From an uncultured Pseudomonadota bacterium (lineage in GTDB: Bacteria; Pseudomonadota; Alphaproteobacteria; JACZXZ01): a DNA stretch of 64,000 nt. Positions 49,979 through 59,463 of the stretch are shown one piece after another. How positions within the stretch are numbered: position 1 is the stretch's first letter; every line of letters starts with the position of its first letter. The DNA is taken from assembly GCA_963749075.1 (NCBI GenBank), contig CAVVLJ010000004.1, positions 320,001-384,000 on the forward strand. The letters are read 5' to 3'. The translations under genes and the position numbers were made by a program. Under the pieces are notes generated by a model. The model saw only the letters and a program-made list of their open reading frames with translations, was not told the origin of the DNA and ran no database searches.

Positions 49979-50129
49979 AACGAGCCCTCGCGGCCGCGTC
50001 AATGCGGCTAGGCCAACCAAACCCGCCATGCTCCCAGCACGGCGCTCCGCATCGCCGCGCATGGGCGTGCGGCCTCGCCCACCGCAGCTGGTCCGAGACT
50101 TCCAGACGAAGTTCTCCTGCTGTGCCGCC

Positions 50130-51206
50130 TTACGCGTTGGCGCCGTGGATGGCGTCGCACACGGCGGCGGTCACCTCTCGCGTGGTGGCGCTGCCGCCGA
50201 GGTCGGGGGTGTGGAGGGCCGCATCTGCGGTGACGCGCTCGATCGCCGCCATGAGGCGGAGGGCGGCTTGCCCCTCGCCGAGATGCTCGAGCATCAGGGC
50301 CGCACTCCAGAACGAGGCGATGGGATTGGCGATGCCCTGACCTGTGATGTCGAAGGCCGAGCCGTGGATCGGCTCGAACATCGAGGGGTAGCGCCGCTCG
50401 GGATTGAGGTTCGCCGTGGGGGCGATGCCGAGGCTGCCGGCGAGCGCTGCCGCAAGGTCGCTCAGGATGTCGGCGTGGAGGTTGGTCGCCACCACCACGT
50501 CGATGGTCGCGGGCTTGAGCACCATGCGCGTCGTCATGGCATCGACCAGCTCCTTGTCCATGGCGACGGCGGGGAAGCCCTTCGCCACCTCGGCCGCGAT
50601 CTCGTCCCACATCACCATGCCGTGGCGCTGGGCGTTCGACTTGGTGACCACGGTCAAGCGCTTCTGCGGCCGGCGCTCGGCAAGGGCGAAGGCGAAGCGC
50701 ATGACGCGCTCGACGCCCTTGCGCGTGAAGACCGCGGTCTCGGTCGCCACCTCCTCGGGCAGGCCGCGGTGGACGCGGCCGCCGTGCCCGGCATATTCGC
50801 CCTCGCTGTTCTCGCGCACGATCACCCAGTCGAGCGTCTGGGCGTCCGCCTTGCGCAAGGGGCTCGTAATACCGGGGAGGATGCGGGTAGGCCGCACGTT
50901 GGCGTATTGGTCGAAGCCCTGGCAGATCGGCAGCCGCAAGCCCCAGAGCGTCACGTGGTCGGGGATGTCGGGAGCGCCCACGGCGCCGAAATAGATCGCA
51001 TCGAAGCGCTCGAGCTCGGCGAGCCCGTCCTCCGGCATGAGCCGGCCGTGACGCCTGTAATAGGCCGAGCCCCAGGGGAACTCCTCGACGGCGAGGCGGA
51101 AGCCGCCATCGCGCGCGGCGAGGGCGGCGAGCACCTCGAGGCCGGCGGGGATCACCTCATTGCCGATGCCGTCGCCGGGGATGGCCGCGATGCGGTATTC
51201 GCGCAT
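50130..51206 (-). CDS. Tartrate dehydrogenase/D-malate decarboxylase
   Basis: IPGDGIG.EV, DHVTLWGL, RENSEGEY, VTKSNAQ, FEPIHGSAFDI. Confidence 0.9.
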   Translation of the reverse strand: MREYRIAAIPGDGIGNEVIPAGLEVLAALAARDGGFRLAVEEFPWGSAYYRRHGRLMPEDGLAELERFDAIYFGAVGAPDIPDHVTLWGLRLPICQGFDQYANVRPTRILPGITSPLRKADAQTLDWVIVRENSEGEYAGHGGRVHRGLPEEVATETAVFTRKGVERVMRFAFALAERRPQKRLTVVTKSNAQRHGMVMWDEIAAEVAKGFPAVAMDKELVDAMTTRMVLKPATIDVVVATNLHADILSDLAAALAGSLGIAPTANLNPERRYPSMFEPIHGSAFDITGQGIANPIASFWSAALMLEHLGEGQAALRLMAAIERVTADAALHTPDLGGSATTREVTAAVCDAIHGANA

Positions 51207-51239
51207 GGTTGAGGCTCGCTCTTTTGGGGATGCCGTGTG

Positions 51240-51512
51240 CTAATCCGGCCGCCGCTTGCCGTGCCGGACGCGCAGAATGACCACCTCGTCACCGACTATG
51301 CGATATCGGATCACATAGGGCCACACCGCCACGAGCTCGCGATTGTCTTGCGCCGCCGGGCGTCCGCGTTCGGACAGTGTCGCGAGGCTATTCCCCGCAG
51401 CGATGAGACGTGCAGCCATATGGCGTGCGGCGGTCGGATTGAATTGCGCAATATAGTCTCGGATGCCCTGTAGATCGGCCAGCGCCGAATCGGTCCAAAC
51501 TATTTGCGCCAT
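51240..51512 (-). CDS. ParE/RelE family toxin
   Basis: IVWT..ALADL..I.DYI, GR, RELV, PYVIRYRI, ILRVRHG.R. Confidence 0.88.
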   Translation of the reverse strand: MAQIVWTDSALADLQGIRDYIAQFNPTAARHMAARLIAAGNSLATLSERGRPAAQDNRELVAVWPYVIRYRIVGDEVVILRVRHGKRRPD

Positions 51513-51688
51513 CTCGGGCGAGGGAGCTCGCGTGCCGTTCCCCATGAGCGGAGCCAACGAACCACTTTGCTATGGGGAATGACCCGGCCGGCCGCCAGAT
51601 CGGCCTCCGCCTCGGCGAGTGCGCGAGCCTCGGTCTTGTCGTCGACCTCATCGAGGATCGAGGCGGGATCGGAAGAAGGCTGGCCCAT
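51500..51688 (-). CDS. Small acidic antitoxin (ParD/RelB-like C-terminal type)
   Basis: EAEADLAAGRVIPH..V..WL.SWG; overlaps the toxin start by 13 nt. Confidence 0.78.
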   Translation of the reverse strand: MGQPSSDPASILDEVDDKTEARALAEAEADLAAGRVIPHSKVVRWLRSWGTARELPRPRWRK

Positions 51689-51729
51689 AGCCGCAATATA
51701 ATACAGCGAAGGCCTGCGAGCCAGCCGCC

Positions 51730-51764
51730 AAAAAGCAAGAAGCCAGGGCTTTCGCCCTGGCTTC
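51730..51764 (-). terminator. Intrinsic terminator after ibpA
   Basis: 11-bp stem GAAGCCAGGGC/GCCCTGGCTTC followed by TTGCTTTTT on the minus strand. Confidence 0.75.
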
Positions 51765-51789
51765 CGCGGTCCGAATTATGCGCTCGGCC

Positions 51790-52242
51790 TCAGGCGGCCT
51801 TCGCCTCGACGGACTTGGGCGCGCTCGAGATCTTGATCTCGCGCGGCTTCTGCTCCTCGGGCACCTCGCGCACGAGCTCGATATGGAGCAGCCCGTTCAC
51901 GAGCTCGGCACCCTTGACCTTGATGTGGTCGGCGAGCTCGAAGCGGCGCTGGAAGGCGCGCCGGGCAATGCCGCGATGGAGATACTCCACGTTTTTCACG
52001 GTATCCTGGGACCTGCCGGACACGGTCAGGCTGTTCTCCTGGCTCACCAGGTTGATGTCGTCCTGGCCGAAGCCGGCGACCGCCATGGTGATGCGATAGC
52101 TGTCCTCGCCCGTCTTCTCGATGTTGTAGGGCGGATAGGAGAGCTGGGCCTCGTCGGCCGTGAGGGCCGCATCGACCAGCTGCGACATGCGGTCGAAGCC
52201 GACGGTCGAGCGGAAGAGGGGAGAGAGATCGAACGTACGCAT
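51790..52242 (-). CDS. ibpA: Small heat-shock protein (Hsp20)
   Basis: DLSPLFRSTVGFDR, SYPPYNIE, YLHRGIARRAF, NGLLHIEL. Confidence 0.95.
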   Translation of the reverse strand: MRTFDLSPLFRSTVGFDRMSQLVDAALTADEAQLSYPPYNIEKTGEDSYRITMAVAGFGQDDINLVSQENSLTVSGRSQDTVKNVEYLHRGIARRAFQRRFELADHIKVKGAELVNGLLHIELVREVPEEQKPREIKISSAPKSVEAKAA

Positions 52243-52340
52243 GGCTACACATCCTCCATTGAGCAACATGTAGAAGGGAGGGCCCACCTTGAGGTCGAGC
52301 CCGGTTCATGATGGCCGGACCCGCACGAGGGCGTCCGCCA
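52240..52340 (-). promoter_or_regulatory. ROSE-type RNA thermometer in the ibpA 5'UTR
   Basis: CUACAUG-UUGCU-caau-GGAGGA-UGUGUAG: the U(U/C)GCU motif pairs across the SD sequence. Confidence 0.75.
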
Positions 52341-52349
52341 CCGTATTCG

Positions 52350-52377
52350 ATGTGGTGAGGCTTGGCCGCGGTTCAAG
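52350..52377 (-). promoter_or_regulatory. Putative RpoH (sigma32) promoter
   Basis: CTTGAA...CCACAT (CTTG-N18-CCACAT) about 110 nt upstream of ibpA. Confidence 0.6.
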
Positions 52378-52429
52378 AGGGCGCGGTACCCTCGGCCGCC
52401 GCTTTTGGAGGGCCGCCGGGGGCCTGCTA

Positions 52430-52648
52430 TTAAAGGCCCAACCCCTTGAAGCGCCTGTTGAATTTCGCGAGCTGGCCGCCCGTGTCGACGAGGCGGTGGA
52501 CGCCGGTCCAGGCCGGGTGGGTCTTGGGGTCGATGTCGAGATGGAGCACGGCGCCGGCCTCGCCATAGGTCGAGCGGGTCTTGAACTGGGTGCCGTCCGT
52601 CATCACCACGGTGATCTCGTGGTATTCCGGGTGAATCTTCTTCTTCAT
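52430..52648 (-). CDS. rpmE: 50S ribosomal protein L31 (Cys-free form)
   Basis: [29 protein letters not shown]. Confidence 0.96.
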   Translation of the reverse strand: MKKKIHPEYHEITVVMTDGTQFKTRSTYGEAGAVLHLDIDPKTHPAWTGVHRLVDTGGQLAKFNRRFKGLGL

Positions 52649-52749
52649 CGAGGCGCTCCGCTCGGGGAAGTGCGGCTTATAGCGAAGCGGCCCCGGCAAT
52701 GCAAGCCTTGCGGCGGCACTTGAAGCCCCTCTTCGGGGCCTCCCGGGAC

Positions 52750-54172
52750 TCAGCGCTGGGTCAGCTTGAGCTCGATGCGGCGGTTCTTGGCGTAGGCCGC
52801 CTCGGACTCCGCCGGGTCGATCGGCTGGTACTCGCCGAAGCCGGTGGCGGAGAGATGCTCGGGCGGGATGCCGTCGGGCGCTCAGCATGCGCACGACCGC
52901 GATGGCGCGCTCGCTCGAAAGCTCCCAGTTCGAGTGGAAGTGCTGCGTCGCGATGGGCCGCTTGTCGGTGTAGCCGTCGACCTCGAGGATCCAGTGGATC
53001 TCCGCGGGAATCTTCGGCGTGATGGCGGCGAGCGTCTCGGCAAGGCGCTTCAAGGTCTTCTCGCCCTGCGGATTGAGGTCGGCCGAGCCGCTCGGGAAGA
53101 GCACCTCGGACTGGAAGACGAAGCGGTCGCCCACGATGCGGATGTCGGGCCGGTTGCCGAGGATCTCGCGCAAGCGGCCGAAGAATTCCGAGCGATAGCG
53201 CGCGAGCTCCTCGATCTTGCTGGCAAGCGCCACGTTGAGGCGGTTGCCGAGATCGGCGATCTGCACGTCCTTGGACTTGTTCGCGGTCTCCGAGGCGTCG
53301 AGCGCGCGCTGGATCGAGGCGAGCTGCTCGCGCAGCGCCAGGATCTGCCGGTTGAGGAGCTCGACCTGCCGCTCTGCCTCGGCGCTCAGCTTCTTCTCGG
53401 CGTCGAGCGCCGCCTTGCCGCTCTCGCCCGCCTTCTGGGCGCTCTCGAGCTGACCTTGCGCCGCGGCGAGCTGCTTATTCGCCGTGTCGAGCGCGCTCTC
53501 GGAGGATGTCAGGCGGCCCTCCGTGGCCGTAAGCTTGGTTTGCGCTGCCGCGAGCTGGCCCTCCGTGGCGTTGAGCTTCGTCTTCGCCGTGTCGAGCTCG
53601 CCCGCGGCCGATGCCAGGCGGCTCTCCGCAGCGGCAAGCTGGCTTTGCGTGGCGTCCAGCTGGCTCTGCGCGGTCTCGAGCTGACGTTGCGTGACCTCGA
53701 GCTGCCCCTTTGCGCTCTCGAGCTGGCTTTGCTCGGACTTGAGCTGGGTCTCGGCGCTCTCGAGCTGGCCCCTGAATTTCTCGGCCTGCTCGGAGCTGCT
53801 TTCGCCGCGCGCGTTCGCCTCGGCGAGCTGGGCGTTGACCTTGTCGCGCTCGGCCGAGAGCTCGGAGAGCCGCGTCGCGAGCGTGTCGCGCTTCAGGACC
53901 GAGCTCTGCAGCTCGGCCGAGAGCTGGGCCACCGAAAGGCGCAGATCGGCATTGGCCTTGCGCTCGAGATTGAGCATGTCGCTGAGCTCGGCGACCTGGC
54001 GGTTGAGCCGGCGCAGCGCCTCGTCGCGCCCGGTCAGCACCTCGGAGAGGGTGAACTGGGCGACGACGAAGATGAGCAGCACGAAGATGAAGGCGAGCAC
54101 CAGGCTCGTCAGCGCGTCGACGAAGCCGGGCCAGATGTTGATGGTGCGGATCTGACGATGCGCCCTTGACAT
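52750..54172 (-). CDS. MotB-like membrane protein with long coiled coil and OmpA-like peptidoglycan-binding domain; +1 frameshift near 52878
   Basis: [11 protein letters not shown] segment with Asp; [28 protein letters not shown]. Removing one C restores [17 protein letters not shown]...[11 protein letters not shown]. Confidence 0.88.
53432..53767 (-). repeat. 16 consecutive heptad (21-bp) coding repeats, consensus QLxxAxx
   Basis: [49 protein letters not shown] ... [14 protein letters not shown]. Confidence 0.85.
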
Positions 54173-54199
54173 GCGCGCCCTTCCTCGCTTCCCCTGCGC

Positions 54200-55336
54200 C
54201 TACTCGCCCGCTTCCTCGGCGAGATTGGCAATGGTGCGCGCAAGCAGGCGGATCTCGGCGCGGAGCTCGTCCACGGTCTGCTGCCGGCCGCTCGAGAGCT
54301 CGTCGACGAGGCGGGCGAGATAGACGTCCATGTTGCGGATATGGGTGCGGGTCGCCTCGTCGATGCCGCGCTCGCCCGCGGCTTCGGCCAGCCGCGCCAG
54401 CACCGGCCGCATCTCCATCTGGCCCTCGACCAGCTTGACGAGAAGGGACTGCTCGGCGCGCATCTGGTCGGTCAGCGTCGAGAGCCGCTCGCTGAGCGTG
54501 AAGAGGTGGCCGCCGGTCGCCGTGCGGTTCTCCTCGCCGCGCTGCACCGTGCGCTGGAGCGCATCGAGGCTGTCCGCAGTCTTCTCGAGGAGCGCCTCGA
54601 TGTAGGCGGGAATGGAGGTCTCGCCCTCGGCGATGCCCGTGCCGCTCGAGAGCCGCGTGAGGCTCGAGAGCCATTCCTCGAGGTCGTTGTAGAAAAGGTT
54701 CTGCGCCTGGCCCCCCTGCAGGTCGAGGAAGCCGAGCACGAGCGAGCTCGCGAGGCCGAAGAGCGAGGAGGAGAAGGAAGTGCCCATGCCCGCGAGCGGC
54801 CGCTCGAGGCCGCTCTTGAGATTGTTGAAGATCGACGTCACGTCGTTCGAGCCGATCTCCAGGCCCTGGATCACGCCGCCGACCGAGCTCACCGTATCGA
54901 GGAGGCCCCAGAAGGTGCCGAGCAGGCCGAGGAAGATCATGAGGCCGATGAGGTAGCGCGAGATGTCGCGCGATTCGTCGAGACGCGAGCTGATGCCGTC
55001 GAGCAGCGTGCGCATCGCGATCGTCGAGAGCGAGACCTGCTTGTCCTTGCGCTCGCCGAGCATGGTGGCCATGGGCGCCAAGAGGCGCGGGGCGGCGCGC
55101 GAGAGGGGCTGACGCGCGCGTTTGTAGCTCTCGATCCAGGCGAGCTCCGGCTCGAGTTGCAGCACCTGGCGGAAGATGAAGACGATGCCGATGAGGGCCG
55201 CGAAGAGGATCATGCCGTTGAGCGGCGCGTTATGCAGGAACGCCCGCTCGAGCTGCGGAAAGAGCAGCGCTACCACGGCGGCGACCGCGAGCAGGAAGAG
55301 GATCATGCGAATGAGGAACCGTCTCAGCCGCGTCAT
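54200..55336 (-). CDS. MotA/TolQ/ExbB-like proton channel protein
   Basis: LGLLGTFWGL, GMGTSFSSSLFGL, long cytoplasmic helical tail. Confidence 0.88.
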   Translation of the reverse strand: MTRLRRFLIRMILFLLAVAAVVALLFPQLERAFLHNAPLNGMILFAALIGIVFIFRQVLQLEPELAWIESYKRARQPLSRAAPRLLAPMATMLGERKDKQVSLSTIAMRTLLDGISSRLDESRDISRYLIGLMIFLGLLGTFWGLLDTVSSVGGVIQGLEIGSNDVTSIFNNLKSGLERPLAGMGTSFSSSLFGLASSLVLGFLDLQGGQAQNLFYNDLEEWLSSLTRLSSGTGIAEGETSIPAYIEALLEKTADSLDALQRTVQRGEENRTATGGHLFTLSERLSTLTDQMRAEQSLLVKLVEGQMEMRPVLARLAEAAGERGIDEATRTHIRNMDVYLARLVDELSSGRQQTVDELRAEIRLLARTIANLAEEAGE

Positions 55337-55402
55337 GCTGTCGCCCGGCCGCTTGAGCGTGGTGGGAGTAGCCGCACGGATCCGCCCCTCGCCGGTGCCG
55401 CG

Positions 55403-56701
55403 CTATTTCCCGACCACGACGAGGTCGACCCGGTCGGCCGGCCCATTGCCCTCGATCTTGTTGCCGAGCGCGCGCACGTCCATGCGGCTGGCTCCCACGC
55501 CCTGATCGAAGAGGTAGCCGCGGATGGCCAGCGCGCGGCTGAGCGAGAGGCGGCGCGCCTGGCTTGCCTGGTCCTCGCTGCCGGCGGCATAGGCGATGAG
55601 CTGCACGCGCAGCTCGTCGCTCTTCTTGAGCGTCTCGACGATGCGGTTGAGCTCGCTCTTGGCCTGATCCGTGAGGTCGGCGGCGCCGCCGGCGAAGTTC
55701 ACGCTCAAGGTCTTGCCGGGCACCGCTGCGGCGGCGGGCGTCGTGGGCGGCCTCGAGGCGAGCTGGATCTGAGGTGCCGTCGGTGCCGGCTTGCCCGCCG
55801 CGGCGGCGGCCCGGGGTGCCGCCTGCGCCGCCGCTGCGGGCGGCGGCACCGCGGCGCTTGCCGTGCTCCGCTCGGCGGAGGGCGCCGGCTTGGGCGCCGC
55901 GACCTTGCTCGCCGGCAGGGTCGGGGGCGCTGGCGGCTCCGGCGCCGCCTCGGCGACTTGAGCCGGTGCTGCAGGCGCGCTCTTGCGCGCGGGCGAGGTG
56001 GGCGGCGCGCTCGCGGCGCTCGTCTTGGCCGGCGGCGGGGCGGCCGGCGTCTCGGCGGGCTTGGCCGGCTGCGCGGCTGCCTGCGCCACTTGCGCCGGCG
56101 GAGCGGCGGTGCTCTTGCTCGGCACGGTCGCGGGCGGCGGCGGCGGCTCGGGCGCCGCCAGCGGCCGGGGATTGGCCTGGGCGGTCTCGGCCGGAAGCGC
56201 CGTGCCGCTCCGCGCCGGTGGTGCAGGCGGGGATTGCAGCGCTGCCGGCGGTGGCGGAGGCGGCGACTTCGACGGCACTGGCGGGGCTTGAGACGGCGCT
56301 TTCGGCGCCGGCTTCTCCGCCATTGCCACGGGCCCCTTGGCCACGGCCTTGGGCGGCACGCGCGGCTCCGCGCGGGCGGCCGAAGCCTCGGCGCGGGCGC
56401 CCTCCTCGCCGCGGCGCTTCGCCTTGGCGACGCTCCTCGACTCGGGCGGCATCAGCACGATCGGGCCGCTCCCCTCCTGCGGAATTTCCAGGGCGGCGCG
56501 CGGGGTCTTGGGCGGCGGGCCGAGCCCGTTGAGCACGGAGAGGTCGAGAATGATGTCGCGCGGGTTGCCCTTGCCGACGAAGACCGTGCTCTGGGCCGCG
56601 GCGGGCGGGGCGGCGGCGGCGAGGACGGCGGCGGCCAGCGCAAACGCGATCGCCGGCCAATGCGGAGACGCCGCCCGCGTGATCCCGGGGTCTCGCCTCA
56701 T
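55403..56701 (-). CDS. Exported Pro/Ala-rich protein with C-terminal OmpA-like domain
   Basis: Signal peptide, long PA-rich linker, ARRLSLSRALAIR.YL...G...RMDVRALG, DRVD. Confidence 0.85.
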   Translation of the reverse strand: MRRDPGITRAASPHWPAIAFALAAAVLAAAAPPAAAQSTVFVGKGNPRDIILDLSVLNGLGPPPKTPRAALEIPQEGSGPIVLMPPESRSVAKAKRRGEEGARAEASAARAEPRVPPKAVAKGPVAMAEKPAPKAPSQAPPVPSKSPPPPPPAALQSPPAPPARSGTALPAETAQANPRPLAAPEPPPPPATVPSKSTAAPPAQVAQAAAQPAKPAETPAAPPPAKTSAASAPPTSPARKSAPAAPAQVAEAAPEPPAPPTLPASKVAAPKPAPSAERSTASAAVPPPAAAAQAAPRAAAAAGKPAPTAPQIQLASRPPTTPAAAAVPGKTLSVNFAGGAADLTDQAKSELNRIVETLKKSDELRVQLIAYAAGSEDQASQARRLSLSRALAIRGYLFDQGVGASRMDVRALGNKIEGNGPADRVDLVVVGK

Positions 56702-56822
56702 CCTTTGCCGCCTCCCGCCGGCGGAAGCCATTGATTCAGATTGCCGGGCGCCGCGGCACAATAACCCAGCGTGCGGGGCGCGACAACCGCTTTGCCGGCG
56801 GCACGCCGGCGCCTGAGGAGCT

Positions 56823-57641
56823 TCAAGAGGCACTCCGCGGTGCCGGCAGCTCGAGGGCGCCGCGCAGCCGCTCGCCGAGCGGCTTCATGAGCGCGTCGTT
56901 GGCGGCCAGGAGATTGCCGCTCGCGAGGAAGTCGCGCCCGCCGTCGATCTCGCTCACGTAGCCGCCCGCCTCGCGCACGAGGAGGATGCCGGCTGCGATG
57001 TCCCACGGCTTGAGGTCGAACTCCCAGAAGCCGTCGAGCTTGCCCGCCGCCACATAGGCGAGATCGAGGGAGGCGGTGCCCAGGCGGCGGATGCCGGCGA
57101 CCTCGGGCATCACCGCGGCGAAGGTCTTGAGAAAGGCCGCGTGGTCGCCATGCCCGTGGAAGGGGATGCCGGTGCCGATGAGGGCGTCGATCAGGCGGCT
57201 CCGCGCCGAGACGCGCAGGCGATGGTCGTTGACGAAGGCGCCGCCGCCCTTCTCGCACCAATAGAGCTCGTCCTTGATCGGCTCCAGGATGATGCCGGCG
57301 ACCATCTCGCCGTCGCGCTCGAGGCCGATCGAGATGGCGAAGTGGGGGATGCCGTGGAGGAAGTTGAGGGTGCCGTCGAGCGGATCGACGAGGAAGCGGT
57401 GGCGCCCGTCGCCGGGCACGGCGCCGCCCTCCTCCATGAGGAGTCCGAAGGTGGGACGCGCGCGCCTGAGCTCGTCCTTGAGGACGCGCTCGGCGCGCAG
57501 GTCCGCGGTCGAGACGAAGTCCGCCGGCCCCTTGCGCGAGACCTGGAGCTGCTCGACCTCGCCGAAGTCGCGCAGCAGGCCGCGCGCCGCCTTGCGCGCG
57601 GCGCGCTCCATGACGTTGATGATGGCGGAGCGGAGCGCCAT
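56823..57641 (-). CDS. suhB: Inositol monophosphatase family protein
   Basis: LLRDFGEVEQLQVS.KGPADFVS, DPLDGT.NF.HG, WDIAAG. Confidence 0.94.
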   Translation of the reverse strand: MALRSAIINVMERAARKAARGLLRDFGEVEQLQVSRKGPADFVSTADLRAERVLKDELRRARPTFGLLMEEGGAVPGDGRHRFLVDPLDGTLNFLHGIPHFAISIGLERDGEMVAGIILEPIKDELYWCEKGGGAFVNDHRLRVSARSRLIDALIGTGIPFHGHGDHAAFLKTFAAVMPEVAGIRRLGTASLDLAYVAAGKLDGFWEFDLKPWDIAAGILLVREAGGYVSEIDGGRDFLASGNLLAANDALMKPLGERLRGALELPAPRSAS

Positions 57642-57648
57642 GCCTCTG

Positions 57649-58215
57649 TCAGTCTTTGGCGCGCTCGACGTAGCTCGCGTCCGCGGTGTTGACGATGATG
57701 CGGGTGCCGGCCTCGACGAAGGGCGGCACCATGGTGCGCACGCCGTTCTCGAGCACCGCCGGCTTGTAGGAGGAGGCCGCGGTCTGCCCGCGCACCACCG
57801 GGTCGGCCTCGACCACCTTCATCGCCACCTTGTCCGGCAGCGCCACCGAGACGGGCGTGCCCTCGATGAGGTCGACCACCACCTGCATGCCGTCCTGGAG
57901 GAAGGCCGCGGGGTCGCCCACCACCTCGCGCGTGAGGGTGAACTGCTCGAAGGTCTCGCCGTCCATGAAGGTGAGCGAGTGGTCGTCGCCGAAGAGAAAG
58001 GTGCAGTCCTTCTCCTCGACCTGCAGCTTCTCGACCGAGTCCTGGGTGCGCCAGCGCTCGTTGGTCTTCACACCGCTCTTGAGGTCGCGCATCTCGACCT
58101 GGATGAAGGCGCCGCCCTTGCCGGGCTGGATGATCTGGATCTTGAGCACGGCCCAGCGCTTGCCGTTGTGCTCGAGGATGTTGCCCGGGCGGATGAGGTT
58201 GGCTTGGAGCTTCAT
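57649..58215 (-). CDS. efp: Elongation factor P
   Basis: PGKGGAF loop (Lys type), GQTAASSYKPA.LENG, YVERA. Confidence 0.96.
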   Translation of the reverse strand: MKLQANLIRPGNILEHNGKRWAVLKIQIIQPGKGGAFIQVEMRDLKSGVKTNERWRTQDSVEKLQVEEKDCTFLFGDDHSLTFMDGETFEQFTLTREVVGDPAAFLQDGMQVVVDLIEGTPVSVALPDKVAMKVVEADPVVRGQTAASSYKPAVLENGVRTMVPPFVEAGTRIIVNTADASYVERAKD

Positions 58216-58306
58216 GACCTGCTTTGCGTTGCGTCGGCCGCGAATGAGGCGCGGAACCTAACAGCTCGGAGGGGACGTGGCAACGCCTCCAGCCGCCTCC
58301 AGCCGT

Positions 58307-59377
58307 TCAACGCCGGGCCGCGGCTTTATGCCTCTCCCCGCGCCAATCCTCGATGCTGCCGTCGGCGCCGAGATAGCTCGGGCCGATGGGCGACTTGCCG
58401 TGGCCGCCGGGGATGTCGAGGACGTAGCACGGCTGGCAGAGGCCCGAGACGCGGCCGCGCAGCTGCCGCATGATCGCCTGGCCGGCGGCGATCGTGGCGC
58501 GGAAGTGCGCGGTGCCGGGGGCGCGGTCGAGATGGTGGAGATAATAGGGCTTGATGCGGTTCTGCACCATGGCGCGCATGAGGGCCTCCATGACGGCTGC
58601 ATCGTCGTTGACGCCCTTCAAGAGCACGCTCTGGCCGAGGAGCGGGATGCCGGCCTCGACGAGGCGGCGGCAGGCCGCGGCGGCAGCCGGCGACAGCTCG
58701 CGCGGATGGTTGCAATGGATGGCGAGCCACAGCGCCTTCTCGCTTCCGAGCGCTGCCACGAGGGCGGGCGAGACGCGGGCCGGGTCGCCCACCGGCACGC
58801 GGCTGTGGATGCGGATCACTGCCACGTGGGCGATGGCATCGAGGGCGGCCACCAGCGCCTTGAGGCGCTTCACGGGCAGCATCAGGGGGTCGCCGCCGGT
58901 GAGCACGACCTCCCACACCTCCTCGCGGCCGCGGATGTAGTCGAGGGCGGCCTCGAGCTCGGCGGCGGAGAGTACGGCCTTCGCTCCGCCCACCCGCTCG
59001 CGGCGGAAGCAGAAGCGGCAATAGAACGGGCAGTGCAGGATGGGCGTCAGCAGCACGCGGTCGGGATAGCGGTGCACGATGCCGGCGAGCGGCGCATGGG
59101 CGCCGTCGCCGATGGGATCGGGCGCCTCGTCCGGCGCTTGCACGAGCTCGCGCCCATCGGGGATGAACTGGCGGGCGATGGGATCCGCCGAGTCCGCGGG
59201 GTCGATGAGGGCGGCCAGCGCCGGCGTTACGGCGACCGCATAGCGCTCGGCCACGCGCTCGATCTCGGCGATGCGCCCGCGCGGGATCAGGCCCAGGCCG
59301 GCGAGATCGGCGCCCGTGCGCGCCGTGCGCCGGTGCGCTCGGGACGGGGCCGCCGGGCGGGCGGCAGTCTTTGGCAT
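58307..59377 (-). CDS. epmB: Lysine 2,3-aminomutase (EF-P beta-lysylation)
   Basis: HRYPDRVL, CxxxCRFCFRR, LTGGDP, QSVLLKGVND, DIPGG.GK; lies between efp and epmA. Confidence 0.9.
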   Translation of the reverse strand: MPKTAARPAAPSRAHRRTARTGADLAGLGLIPRGRIAEIERVAERYAVAVTPALAALIDPADSADPIARQFIPDGRELVQAPDEAPDPIGDGAHAPLAGIVHRYPDRVLLTPILHCPFYCRFCFRRERVGGAKAVLSAAELEAALDYIRGREEVWEVVLTGGDPLMLPVKRLKALVAALDAIAHVAVIRIHSRVPVGDPARVSPALVAALGSEKALWLAIHCNHPRELSPAAAAACRRLVEAGIPLLGQSVLLKGVNDDAAVMEALMRAMVQNRIKPYYLHHLDRAPGTAHFRATIAAGQAIMRQLRGRVSGLCQPCYVLDIPGGHGKSPIGPSYLGADGSIEDWRGERHKAAARR

Positions 59378-59463
59378 GACGATCGTCTCTCCTCTATCCT
59401 GCGCGCGGGTCAAAGCGGCCGCGAGGATGCCCTTGCGCCGGCCCTCTCATATAAGGATATGCC

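Noticed and set aside
52430-54172. Apparent fusion of the MotB-like protein to ribosomal protein L31 (580-aa ORF)
   Set aside because: It results from one extra base near 52878. The proper OmpA-domain ending and stop (52750) are in the adjacent frame, and rpmE has its own ATG.
52750-55336. Zorya anti-phage ZorAB
   Set aside because: No zorC/D/E genes nearby, host-like composition, and a housekeeping neighbourhood (suhB, efp, rpmE).
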